From Eledone cirrhosa (taxonomy: Eukaryota): a stretch of DNA of 64,000 nucleotides. The notes beneath the pieces were generated by a model. It worked only from the letters and a program-made list of their open reading frames with translations. It was not told the DNA's origin and ran no database searches. Position numbers and translations under genes: made by a program. The stretch lies in assembly GCA_964016885.1 (NCBI GenBank), contig OZ024746.1, positions 29,388,001 to 29,452,000 on the forward strand, in the 5' to 3' direction. Below, piece after piece: positions 12,891 through 26,220 of the stretch (positions are counted from its first letter, which is position 1; each line of letters begins with the position of its first letter).

Positions 12891-13529
12891 GGTGAATTGG
12901 CAGTATCGGTAGAGGGTCGGACGCCATGCTTTCTAGCAGTCTGAGTTCAAATCCTGCCGAGGTTAACTTTGCCTTTCATCCTTACGGGGTCGATAAAATA
13001 AAGTACCAGTAATGTACTGGGGTAATTGCTGGCCTTGTGCCAAAAGTAGAAACAATTACTCTATATTTACTATTATATTTTCATGGATAATTATCTCGCA
13101 TAAAAGGGCAGTGAATTGGCAGTATCGGTAGAGGGTCGGACGCCATGCTTTCCAGCATAATTACGGTCTGAGTTCAAATCCCGTCGAGGTTAACTTTGCC
13201 TTTCAACCTTACGGGGTCGATAAAATAAAGTACCAGTAATGTACTGGGGTAATTGCTGGCCTTGTGCCAAAAGTAGAAACAATTACTCTATATTTACTAT
13301 TAATTATATTTTCATGGTAAAGGCTTTACCTCACATAATTATCTCACATAAAAGGGCAGTGAATTGGCAGTATCGGTAGAGGGTCGGACGCCATGCTTTC
13401 CAGCATAATTACGGTCTGAGTTCAAATCCCGTCGAGGTTAACTTTGCCTTTCATCCTTACGGGATTGATAAAATAAAGTACCAGTAATGTACTGGGGTAA
13501 TTGCTGGCCTTGTGCCAAAAGTAGAAACA
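12891..13529 (+). mobile_element. Three head-to-tail SINE copies (12891-13055, 13106-13282, 13354-13529)
   Basis: Each has the Deu/Nin-like SINE body; the spacer sequence is also duplicated. Confidence 0.9.
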
Positions 13530-13837
13530 CTAATTACCACACATAATATCGAATCAATGAGATTTTGATATTATTTATTTTGAAAACAATACCTTAACAT
13601 CAGTATGAGCAGCCAGTTTTAGCCATTTTGAGAGAATTCTTGTCGAATAGGGCCAGTTTAAATGCTAGAGCATAGAAAGAATCAATTCAACAATCTGTGT
13701 CAAAGCTGCCTCTTTAAATTACGGGTATAGTCCATCTCACAGGTGTCCACCCACCGTGGCTAACCTGTTCTACTCACAATGCTTGGATTCATCGAAAGCT
13801 ATTTACTAATTTGGTAATTTCATGCAATCTCTTAACC

Positions 13838-14408
<571 letters not shown>

Positions 14409-14664
14409 CTCATTTACACATACATACACACACATATTCACATGCTTAGAAACACAATGACATAGACATACACATGTTCCAGTTTTTTTAACTGCTGTGG
14501 ACTATTCTATTCTATCAGTGACCTCAAAAGGATGAAATACAAAGTTAACCTTGCTATGATTTGAACTCAAATTGCAACATAGAAAACCAGAAACAATTGC
14601 ACAAAACATGAAGCATATGAACAAAATGGATTGTTCAGACACGTCATTATATATAGGATATTAA

Positions 14665-15614
14665 TCTATATATATAAAACTGTGGTTGTCTGTTTGTCTA
14701 TCGATTTTTGGCACACATCTCCTCTTAGAATCTCTCACGGAATTGCACCGAAATTGCTATACTTGTACATTGAGCCCTAGCGAAGACATCGGAAAAAAAA
14801 TATTTCAAATTGACCCACCCTATGTGACGAAATCGAATATAATGTATCGATTTTTGAGCGTAAGTGATCAGTTATTTCCCTTTGTTCTGTTTACATTGAG
14901 CGTCTTACGTAAAAAATTACGCTGGCTTTCTCAGCGTTTAAAATGACATTAACACAATACACGAACAGTTGTCGTCGAGCCAGCAAAATATTGACCTGCA
15001 AAATTCATCAGTTCGAACACTAAGCTTCCGTTTTGCTTCATTTCCATTTAAAAGCATTTTAAAACAATATTTTTACTTGAAAACAAGTCTATTTAAAGAC
15101 TACGTAAACAAGCAAATATTTCGTCGTTAGGCGTGCAGACAGACAGTCGTGCAGACAGACAGTCGTGAAGAGAGGTGATATACGCGTGCAGACAGACAGT
15201 CGTGCAGAGAGGTGATATAGGCGTGCAGACAGACAGTCGTGCAGAGAGGTGATATAGGCGTGCATACAGATAGTCGTGCAGAGAGGTGATATAGGCGTGC
15301 AGACAGACATAACTGATAATTTGGTTACGCTAATGTTTTTCTCTGCGTTGCAGTGTTTACATTTTCGATCTTTGTTGATAAATAACCAGTGCAGTTTCTA
15401 TCCCCAGCATCCTCTTTTGTTATAACATTCGGGTTATCGTTATGTTTTCTTAACTTCATAAGGCATATTGTTGGTTGAGGGAATATTAATCAAAAACACC
15501 ACATGCAAGTCTGCACAGTAGACACTACAGTTTTTAAGCCAAGAAAGAAACTTAACATTGTAACTTTAACACAGCTACTGAGCGACCCCGAGCAACGCCG
15601 GGCTTTACTGCTAG
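14665..15614 (+). mobile_element. Non-autonomous Helitron
   Basis: 5' TC(TATATATATAAAA) and 3' CTAG preceded by the GC hairpin cccgagcaacgccggg; inserted between A and T; internal about 37-bp tandem repeat 15128-15308. Confidence 0.8.
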
Positions 15615-15814
15615 TATAGGATATATTAATAAAAATAATGAATAAAAACAAAGAAACAGTTCCTTATATTAAAAAATTCATCATTTTACGATCGTTTCTA
15701 GGATGTATATGTGTGTGTTGGTATGTATATCATATAGATCTATGTAAAGATTTTTAGAAACTATCAGAGGGAATATACATACCTACACATATATATGCTG
15801 TCTTCAGAAATAAT

Positions 15815-15874
15815 TGTTTCTACGTTAGGTACAAGGCCAGCAATTAACCAGTGTATTACTGGTACTTTATTTTA
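15815..15874 (-). mobile_element. 5'-truncated SINE with 16-bp target-site duplication
   Basis: tgtcttcagaaataat at 15799-15814 and 15875-15890. Confidence 0.85.
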
Positions 15875-16253
15875 TGTCTTCAGAAATAATATTTAGATTA
15901 CATTGAGCATAATATTTGGGCATTAACAACCTATCTGCTCTCGGTGTGAAAACTTGTCCAACCCATACGTAAAATGATGATGCTGCTGCTGCTGCTGATG
16001 ATGATGATGATGAGGAGGAGGAAGTGTGTCTAGTGCAATGTGGTGAAGTTCATGTCTTTATAAATAACATTACTGGCTTGAAAGATGTGAAGCTGTTAAA
16101 GCTTGGAATAGAAGCAGAACTCTAGGCACATATGTATATCATGATTCATACACTGTACACTTTCCTGACATTTGTACATTATTCTATGTACTATATGTGC
16201 CCCTTTGATGAGTTGTTGTGCATCCGAGCACTGTACACAGTAATTTCATTATT

Positions 16254-16435
16254 CGGTGGATTGGCAGTATCGGTAGAGAGTCGGACGCGATGCTTTCCAG
16301 CATAGTTACGTCCCTTTACGATCTGAGTTCAAATCCCGCCGAGGTTGACTTTGCCTTTCATCCTTACGGGGTCGATAAAATAAAGTACCAGTAATGCACT
16401 GGGTATTTGCTGGCCTTGTGCCTAAAGTAGAAACA

Positions 16436-16437
<2 letters not shown>
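16254..16437 (+). mobile_element. tRNA-derived SINE (Deu/Nin-like core) with (ATT)n tail
   Basis: Family match within the window. Confidence 0.85.
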
Positions 16438-16476
<39 letters not shown>

Positions 16477-16599
16477 GACTGATCTAGATTAAATGCCATC
16501 CCACATATATGTCCTACCTCATATGACACTAATATATACTGAGGCAGGTGGCCCACATATGACACTACCATATACTGATGCAGGTGTTCATGAACATCA

Positions 16600-16671
16600 G
16601 GCATCATCATCATCATCATCATCAACATCATCAACTTTATAATCATAATCAGAATTGCTTTCATCATCACA

Positions 16672-16730
<59 letters not shown>

Positions 16731-18050
16731 AACTATTTTAATCATTGTTATAAGTATCATCATTATCACCATCATCCTCACCTAAACGTTAATCATCATC
16801 ATCACCATCAACATCTTCTTCTAAACTATAACCATCACAATCACAATCATTATCATCTTCTAAACATCACCATCACCATCACTATCTTCTTCTAAACATC
16901 ACCATCACAACCATTATCATCTTCTAAACATCACCATCACCATCATTATCATCTTCTAACCATCACCATCATCATCACTATCATCTTCTAAACATCACCA
17001 TCACTATCATCTTCTAAACATCACCATCACCATCACTATCATCTTCTAAACATCACCATCACCATCACTATCATCTTCTAAACATCACCATCACCATCAC
17101 TATCATCTTATAAACATCACCATCACCATCACCATCATTATCATCTTCTAAACATCACCATCACCATCACTATCATCTTCTAAACATCACCATCACCATC
17201 ACCATCATTATCATCTTCTAAACATCACCATCACCATCACTATCATCTTCTAAACATCACCATCACCATCACTATCATCTTCTAAACATCACCATCACCA
17301 TCACTATCTTCTTCTAAACATCACCATCACCATCATTTTCTAAAACATAATCATCACCATCACCATCACTATCATATTCTAAAACATCGCCATCACCATC
17401 ACCTTCTAAACCATAATCATCACCATCACCATCACTATCATATTCTAAAACATCGCCATCACCATCACCATCTAAACCATAATCATCAACATCACTATCA
17501 TATTCTAAAACATCGCCATCACCATCACCATCTAAACCATAATCATCAACATCACCATCACTATCATATTCTAAAACATCGCCATCACCATCACCTTCTA
17601 AACCATAATCATCACCATCGCCATCACTATCATATTCTAAAACATCGCCATCACCATCACCATCATCATCTAAACCATAATCTTCACCATCACCATCACT
17701 ATCATATTCTAAAACATCGCCATCACCATCACAATCATCATCTAAACCATAATCATCACCATCACCATCACTATCATATTCTAAAACATCGCCATCACCA
17801 TCACCATCACCATCACTATCATATTCTAAAACATCGCCATCACCATCACCATCACCATCTAAACCATAATCATCAACATCACCATCACTATCATATTCTA
17901 AAACATCGCCATCACTATCACCATCACCATCTAAACCATAATCATCAATATCACCATCACTATCATATTCTAAAACATCGCCATCACCATCACCATCTAA
18001 ACCATAATCATCACCATCGCCATCTTCTAAGTGTTAACCATCACCATCAT
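16600..18050. repeat. (CAT/CAC)-based higher-order repeat punctuated by tctaaa
   Basis: About 31-nt units (16850-17340) switch to about 60-nt dimeric units (17340-18030). Confidence 0.9.
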
Positions 18051-18365
18051 TACCATTATTAATATTATTAAATATTATTGTATATTTTTTCCTTCTATAT
18101 TTCCATTAAAGAACATTATTAAGATCTTTCCATTTAATTAGAAATATTGAAATAAAATATTAAAAGGAATCATAATTAGTGGCAATTGTAAATGGAATCA
18201 TTTAGCTCTATTTTTTTTTTATTATCAATGAGTAATAACAGTAAATTATATTATATATAAATATATAATTTTATAGAAGAAATGTTAATGATGATGTTGA
18301 TATATGCATATATAAAAAAAACATATAAACATAAATACACACACATGCATACACACACACACACA

Positions 18366-18404
<39 letters not shown>

Positions 18405-18407
<3 letters not shown>

Positions 18408-19140
18408 AAAGTTCTATTTAAAATTGTTGGGATACAACAAGTAAATATTTTATAACTGATATAAAGCACTCGACAAGTTTTTGGAGTAGATATACGATAT
18501 TTTTAAACTAAACATATGGTTATTATTGAACAATGTTATTTTCTCATATTATATTTTTATTATATTATATTTTTATTATTCATTTCAGATAAATTGTTAA
18601 CTCAACTTAATATGACATGACGTAAAGTTGTCACTATCTTCCCCTCTCTCTATATAGTATTTTCTCTCTCTTGAGTTTTTCTATCTGTATGATGACTTAT
18701 TATCTCTCTGTTGCTTTCCTTTGTTTTTCTTATTTCTTCCTTTTTTCTTTCTTTTTATTTCCTCCTATCTATTTATCTCTTTCTTTTCTACATACATTTC
18801 TCTCTCTCTCCGATATTTCTCCAGGTTTTCTTTTTCTCTCTCTCCTTCTTTCTCTCTCCTTCTCTCTCTCCGTCTTTTCTTTCTATTTTTCTTTCTTTCT
18901 CTCCGTCTTTTTCTAATGGTGCTTAACACTATAACTAATAAAATAATAAACATTTCACTATCCAGACAGCTTCCAAAAATAATGGTTGCATCTAATAGGG
19001 TACGTCAAAATTATTTATAAAACTGTTTATATATTGTATTTTGTCTGATGAAGGCATACCATATTTTAATTTGGTATCTCTGAAATATGTATAATGAAAT
19101 AAATATGGTTTTATAAATATAGTTTCCATTTATTAATATC

Positions 19141-19143
<3 letters not shown>
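18405..19143. mobile_element. Diverged family A fold-back remnant: tail and left-arm piece 18405-18590, right arm 18960-19143
   Basis: Tail matches 4840-4930; plus-strand hammerhead motif 19037-19101. Confidence 0.65.
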
Positions 19144-19184
<41 letters not shown>

Positions 19185-19187
<3 letters not shown>

Positions 19188-19565
19188 AAAGTTCTATTTA
19201 AATTGTTGGGATACAACAAGCAAATATTTTTATAACCGATATAAAGCACTCAACAAGTATTTGGAGTAAACATACGATATTAACAAATGGAAACTATATT
19301 TATAAAACCATATTTATTTCATTATACATATTTCAAGGACACCAAGTTAAATTATGGTGTGCTTTCATCAGACAAAATATAATATAGATCAGTTTTATAA
19401 ATAAATATTGACATACCCTTAAAAAATGCAACCATTACTGTTGGAAGCTCCCGGATTATATTTTGTCTGATGAAAGCACACCGTAATTTAACTTGGTGTT
19501 CTTGAAATATGTATAATGAAATAAATATGGTTTTATAAATATAGTTTCCATTTGTTAATATCGTA
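19185..19565 (-). mobile_element. Family A fold-back element with internal deletion of the right arm
   Basis: Same tail and same turn-around point (ggaagctcccgg) as 4840-5305; hammerhead motifs 19315-19379 (-) and 19459-19523 (+). Confidence 0.8.
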
Positions 19566-19574
19566 TATATATAT

Positions 19575-19714
19575 ATAACGAAGGAAATGTGGTAAGGAAC
19601 CAGGTGGACCATAACGCATCAAAGTACTCAATACTTAGGGTAGGAGAGTGGGTAATAGGAACGAGTAGGACCCCGACGGCTGAGCTCAAGCCGTTTCGAC
19701 GGCTAATTCTGGAC

Positions 19715-19720
<6 letters not shown>
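19575..19720 (-). mobile_element. Single-arm fragment of family D (3' half of hammerhead plus tail)
   Basis: Homologous to 44260-44435; minus strand GAAAcggc...gccgTC^gggg. Confidence 0.6.
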
Positions 19721-19772
<52 letters not shown>

Positions 19773-20233
19773 GTTCTCACGATTCTAAGTACATTTTAAA
19801 GAACTGGCCTCCTTAATATTAATTTATGCTTCTCAAAAAAATCATTCTTAATCTATCAATTTTTTTCTAGGCCCTCATATACATCAACTAATTTAACATT
19901 TGTTTGAGTTTCTTTGGTCAAGTTGTTACCAGTAGACTATTCAGATTATCTGCCCTTGATTTGGAGATCTTTTCTCTTTCCCTATTGTTCTGTATTTCCT
20001 TTTAAAGTAAACATTTTATGGTTCATTTTCATTGACACAGATTGAACAAGTTTTCAAGGCTAACGAAATGTATGAACCTAGTATGGTACCATTGTAGTAA
20101 CTGGCCTTAATAATCATATTCGAACTTGCCCTTGAGTTGCTCTATACCTTGGATATTTTTACCTACCTATTATATTCCACATACACACACACTCACACAC
20201 ACACGCACACACACGCACATATATATATATATA

Positions 20234-20420
20234 AGTTATTCCGGGTTGAATCGGAGGTAACCACAGTAAGTAAGGTACTCAATAACTCAATACATAGCAG
20301 AGTATAACAGTTTTAATATGGAAGAGATTCTACAGGAACTGTTTCATTCGTGAGAAATCATCTCCTGATGATTTCTCACGAATGAAACAGTTCTAGTCCC
20401 GTAGAAGCTCTTCCATAATA
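20234..20420. mobile_element. Short fold-back element with hammerhead core at the turn
   Basis: Arms 20317-20362 / 20367-20418; CTGATGA-tttc[tcac]gaat-GAAA-cagttctag-TC at 20365-20398. Confidence 0.65.
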
Positions 20421-20755
20421 ATATATATATATATATATGTGTGTGTATATATATGTGTGAGTGTGTATATTGATGTGTATATTGGGTGTGTATATTGATG
20501 TTCCATTATTAAGTAGGTTGATAATTCACTTTGATGTCGACATAGGATTACATTGACTGTGGAATAATTAGCTGTCATATAGACAAATAAATACACTCAC
20601 ACAAACACCACACACACACATTTCTATATATGTATGGAAGAATGAACGTATAACAGTGATGATGATGATCGTAAATACACAGAATATACATATTCAGATG
20701 CACACACATATATACCAGTATATATATACTCATACATAGTCTCACAAATGCATGC

Positions 20756-20796
<41 letters not shown>

Positions 20797-20800
<4 letters not shown>

Positions 20801-21346
20801 AGTGTAATTTTCTACACAAAACGAAGGTTATAGAGAAAATTGAGGTTGGTAATGGCACATGGAATATATAAGAGACAGAATACTTTTTTGTGAAAAAACA
20901 TATAATTTTATAAGGTAAGGAAATAATAAAGGGTATAAAAAATGACCGGTTTCGATGGGTCTGCAAAAGCCATCTTTTCAAATGTTGATTAATATTAAGA
21001 AAAATTAATAATACGAGGAGTTAAAATTTGAGATTTGAAAATTCAAGTATAAAATTCATTGTGGGATTTCATAGTAGTTTTCATCTAGGTAGCAACAACA
21101 AGTTGACTGCTGTGTCCCTTTCTGGTACTTGAATTTTCAAATCTCAAATTTTAACTCTTCGTATTATTAATTTTTCTTAATATTAATCAACATTTGAAAA
21201 GATGGCTTTTGCAGACCCATCGAAACCGGTCATTTTTTATACCCTTTATTATTTCCTTACCTTATAAAATTATATGTTTTTTCACAAAAAAGTATTCTGT
21301 CTCTTATATATTCCATGTGCCATTACCAACCTCAATTTTCTCTATA
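20797..21346 (-). mobile_element. Fold-back element with about 220-bp arms and U3-A8 hammerhead variant
   Basis: Arms 20829-21049 / 21126-21346; the same 'ORF' text appears on both strands in the ORF track. Confidence 0.8.
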
Positions 21347-21384
21347 TATATATATTTAGATATATTACAGAAAGTTATTTGAAC

Positions 21385-22026
21385 TGCTGCTCTTAGGGAC
21401 TCGATGCAGGTGAAGCTCTTGTCTGTTAGTGGGCTTTACTAGTATTCCACCCAGTGGAGACTTTGCATAAATGATTCTTCATACATATAATTATATATAC
21501 ATACTTATATTAACATTCACATACATATTGCATACTCACATACATGATAGCTGCAAACTCTGCTAAGAGAATTGCAATTGCTTGTCAGATTATAGAGTTT
21601 GGTGCACTTTTAGGCTACGGCCAGCCACACAAACCTGTATCAACCTGAACAAGCAATGCCTGTGCTTTGAAGGTTTTTTTAAAGTGGGGAAAGGCCTTGC
21701 ACTTGACCAATCCCACTCTCTGAGAATCAAAGACACTAGATGAAAAGAAGAACTGGTCAGCATCATCAGATGCTTCTGAAGCTGCAGGTTTTTTTTTCAA
21801 AGTTTCTCTCTCCTAGAGTTATGACAACAACTGGGGGCCTTTCAAACTACTATTTGGATGGCTGTTGACTTTGCCAGGTCTTGTATTTCATCCCACAGAG
21901 TGTCCAAATATCACTCTCCTCACGAAGCTAGCTCGGTGGGGTTGCCGGTTTAGTTGCCGACGACCTGACCATCAGACAGGTTGTACTGGATTACATGTTA
22001 CCAGTAGCACTCGAGAGTGACCTGAC
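21385..22026 (-). mobile_element. Diverged relative of the RTE-derived element
   Basis: 5' end caggtcac...gtgctactggtaacatgta...ccagtacaacc is shared with 22040-22660. The left boundary is approximate. Confidence 0.55.
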
Positions 22027-22044
22027 ATACATATACATATATAT

Positions 22045-22660
22045 GGTATATGGTGGCTGCCAACTCGTTTTCGAGTACGGCCACTACTTTATATCCATGT
22101 AGGAGAACCCTTACCGATGCGCTGAACAAGTGTGACTTTTTAGTCCAGCCAGCGACTTGAAAACTCTGGTATAAACACTACACTTGTGACAATTATTGAC
22201 ACATAGTGCTGGGCCCATGGTACCATGTGACGACAAGTGCAGAGAGATCTCCAGATATAAAGCAATGCCTGTGCCGTGAAGCTTTTATAGTGAGCAAAGG
22301 CACTGCACAAAGCCAGTCCCACTCTCTTAACCAATATGATATTTACCAAAAAGAAGAACAAGTCAACATCATTGGATACCATCAGAGTTGCAGGTGTTAT
22401 ATCAGAGTTTTCCTTCTCCTAGAATTCTGCCTTGACAAAGGCTAAGGGGTTATCTCTCCCGGTGATTTTGGATGGCCATTGACTCTTAAGAGCTCCTTTG
22501 CCCTTTGACTGGTTTTGTTTTTAGTCCTGCAGGATGTCCAAAGTCACCCTCCTCACCAAGAAACCTTGGTGGGGTTGCCAGTTTAGTCGCCAACGACCCG
22601 ACCATGAGAGAGGTTGTACTGGGATACATGTTACCAGTAGCACCAACTGGTGACCTGAAA
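22045..22660 (-). mobile_element. Bipartite RTE-derived non-autonomous element, apparently full length (about 615 bp)
   Basis: RTE-like 5'UTR motif aggagaaggaaaactctga, terminal C2H2 remnant, short-repeat 3' tail; three copies in the window. Confidence 0.7.
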
Positions 22661-23054
22661 TATATATACATACACATCTACATACATGGCTACACACATG
22701 CACATACATACTTACATAAATAATTACATGCACACATCTACACACACATACTCATACATATATATATACACACATACATATATACACATATACATACACA
22801 CGCTTACATATATACATGAAGTGTTTGGAGAAGACAACGGTTGACAGTAGTACTCAATACATGCTTAGTTAGTATTAGGGATATTTTACTGCTTCTATAT
22901 ATCATCTTAATAAAACATATGATCATGTGACAGTAACTTTGTTATAGTAGACTAGGAAATTGTAATGTTGACATGTTCTTTGATATCTTCCTACCTACCT
23001 CTCTTTATCTTACACTGTGTTGACAAGACATATATCTACCCAGATCATGACAGA

Positions 23055-23414
23055 TTGGAAGAAGAATCAGGATGGAGAGAGAGAGGTGCTCTACCCCAGC
23101 AAGTTTTATGAAAGGTGGGTGAAAGTGGCGAGAATGGCCCGAGTGAATGGGCCTTCTCTCTATATCAGTTCGTAGGTTGAGGAAAAAGAGGAAGAGAGGA
23201 AAGGAGTACAAACTCTTCGTATTCCTGAAGATGAGGGTTGCACATTTTTTTCGGGGGTATGTGTTACCCATATGAAATGTCTCCCCTTATTGGGGAAAAT
23301 CGACTAATTTTTAAATTACATTTGTGATAATATTTTACACGTTTTTATTGTATGTAAACTTCCCCCTTTGTATTTGTCCCCTTCTTTTGTGCCCCTGTGG
23401 CTAATAAAGAAACA
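23055..23414 (+). mobile_element. Tx1-clade LINE 3' fragment
   Basis: Homologous to the ORF2 C-terminus (RRIRMERE...VARMARVNGPSL) and 3'UTR of the long copy; ends aataaagaaaca-tatctatc. Confidence 0.85.
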
Positions 23415-23889
23415 TATCTATCAGCATGTTTGTCTGTCTGTCTGCAAGCTTGTCTGTCTCTCTGCATGTGCGTTTTTCAGTCTGCATGTCTCTAACTACC
23501 AATCCATAGCTATTTATGTGTATTTCCAAATATATCTATCTTCCGACAAGAAAAACCGAAACGACAAATTATGGATTCCAACATCAGCCCAAATATAGGT
23601 AGATAGGTAGGTAGATAGATAGATATGTTTCTTTTATTTGCCACTAGGGCATCAAAAGTGGGACAAGTACAAAGGGGGGAGTTTACACAAAAAGGCGTCC
23701 TCAATAAGGAGGAGGCAATAACAAAATATAAAAATAAAATAAGATATAACAAAAAATAAAATTTATAACAAAATCCTCAATAGAGAGGAGGCGCCTTGGG
23801 GGGTCGCACACACCCCCGAAAAAAGTGTGCAACCCTTCTCCTCAGGAGCACAGAGAAGGGGTGCTCCCTTGGTCTTTCATCTTCCTCAC

Positions 23890-26220
23890 CTATAGTCTGA
23901 AGTAGAGTGAAGGCCCATTCACACGGGCCATTCTCGCCACTTTCATCCATCTTTCATAGAAACGGCTGGGGTGCAGCACCTCTCTCTCCATCCTGATCCT
24001 TCTTCCGAAATGATAACGGAAGAAACGGACCAGTTGTTGGCCAGAGAGAAAGGTGCCTGACCTCAGTCCTTTCAGACGCGTCCACCATACAACCTCTTTC
24101 GCCATGGCTATTACGCACAGAAACACCGCCTCTGCTTCATCTTTGAAGGGGGGAGGCGGCTTGATCATTACAATAGACTCGGTGGTCAACCGGATCGGTC
24201 CCACCCTTGACAGCAGTTGTTCGACATAGCCCCACAGATCGGCTACGCCCGAGCAGTGTACCAATGCGTGTGCAACGGTTTCCTCGTCGCACACGCATCT
24301 GGGACAGATCTTTTTGGCGGGGTCCCTACCCGGGCGCCCGTGTCTGTAGAGCCTTTCTCGAACGGGTAAAGCCCCTCGGTAGCACTGCCAGGCCAGGGAC
24401 TTCTGGAAGTTGTCCATAGGTCCCGGGCTGAATGTCCTACCGAACAGGCTGGCCAGTTCGTCCTCCTCCATGTCTAGGGCTTCTCCGAGGGCGTCGTCGC
24501 ACCTGCTGCGTACCAGCCCTCTATAGAATGTTGCGGTGGAGTCTCCACTGATAACCGGATCCGCCTGCCAGAGGGCGGTGAGCGCCTGGGCACACTCAGT
24601 GTGCCAGGCGCCCAGTTTTCTCGGTCTTTGCTTGACCCAGGATTGCAGCTCGGTGAGTGAGACGAGTCTGGGAAAGGTTCGTCTCACAAACGAGGCCCAC
24701 ACCGGTTGTCCGGTGAGGAATACGTAGAGGTGCCGTAGCCTTAATGCGTGTTTACGCATCATTAGCCACGGCATCCCCAGCCCTCCTTTCGAAGGGTGTT
24801 GACAGCAGATGGATCTCCTCACCATAGGAGCCCGCCTCTTCCAAAGGAATTGGAAGAGCGCGCGCTCCATCTTGGTGAGGGTTTCCCTTGGGCAGGGCAC
24901 TACGGTCAGGCGGTAGTAGATGACGGACGCTATGTAGGTGTTCGCCACCTCCGCCCGACCTTTCAGGGATAGTTTGCAACTGGCCCACTTCTGGGTCAGT
25001 GCAAACACCCTGTTCGTAACCTCCGCCCAGTTTTTCTCCACCTGGAGGTCCGGTCCGAACCAGACCCCGAGCAACTTCACCGGGCCCTCCGTCCAGCGTC
25101 CGACGACGCCATCGGAGGGCATCGGTCTGCCCCTCCACGTGCCGAGTTGCAAACTGATCGACTTGTCCCGGTTCAGCTTAGCCCCTGTGAACTTTTCGTA
25201 CTCCTCCAGTAAGGTGCCGACCGCCTCAATTTCGGAGGCCGTCGACACCATTACTGTCACGTCATCGGCGTAGGCCGACACCGCTTTCCGCAATCCCGGT
25301 TCCAAAGGGATGCCCTGCAACAACTCCAACTTCCGCAGTAGTGGCTTGAGAGTCAACACATACAGAAGGGAGGAGAGAGGGCACCCTTGTCGGATGGACC
25401 GCGCGATTTTGAACGGCTCCGAGAGGTAGCCGTTCACCTTGACCCTAGAGCAGATGCGGCTGCTGTGCATAGCAGTGATCCAGCCCCTGAAAACGGGTCC
25501 GAAGCCTGCCGCCGCTAGCACCGCATCCAGGTAACCATGGTCGACCCTATCGAACGCCTTAGATTGATCCAAGTTGATCAGAGCCTCACCAAAGCCGGGT
25601 TCGTTCCCAACCCTCTCTATGATGTATCGCATGAGGTGGAGGTTGTCATGGATGGACCTGGACGGGATAGCGCATGTCTGCGCATCTCCCACCAGGTTGC
25701 CCACGACAAGCGCCAACCTCTTTGCTAGCACCTTGGCCAAAATCTGTAACTCTGTATTTAGCAGAGTTATGGGCCTGAAGTTACTTATTTCGTCCCCCTT
25801 GTTCTCGTCCTTCCTCACTAGCGTGACTACGCCCTTGGTCACAGTACAGGGAATTCTCCCGTTCTGTTGCCAGTTGCAGTAGACCGCCTCGAGGAGATCG
25901 GGGAACAAGTCCGGCATAGCTAGATATAATTCGTAAGGGAGACCATCGAGACCCGGGGATTTGCGTTTGCCGCATTGGCTCAGCACGTCCTCTATCTCAG
26001 CGGCCGAAATCGGCTCCTCGCAGGACTTCGCCTCCCTGTCCGAGAGGCGCGGCTGGCCGTCGTGGTATGGACCGAAGTCCACGTTCCCAACCGGCTCCCC
26101 GCCCCTCCCGAACAGTCGGGCAAAGTGCCTTTGAAAGGCCTCACACATCTGCTTAGGCTCAAGAATCGCCCGTCCATCCAGGTCTCGCAAAAACCGGATG
26201 GTGGATTTAGTTAGTTCCAC
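23890..26220 (-). pseudogene. ORF2 reverse transcriptase and C-terminal region (frameshift from the EN part near 26215)
   Basis: Motifs KSPGLDGLP, FRPITLLN, DQSKAFDRVDH, IRQGCPLS, YADD, and CPRC...ETVAHALVHC. Confidence 0.95.

Noticed and set aside
20040-20080. TTGAACAA-gtt...aac-GAAA-tgta motif
   Set aside because: Core spacing and cleavage triplet are wrong; too degenerate to call.
22560-22660. HDV-like ribozyme at the 5' end of the RTE derivative
   Set aside because: P2-, P3- and J4/2-like pieces are visible, but I could not place a P1 helix and P1.1 in the required order, so it is not called.
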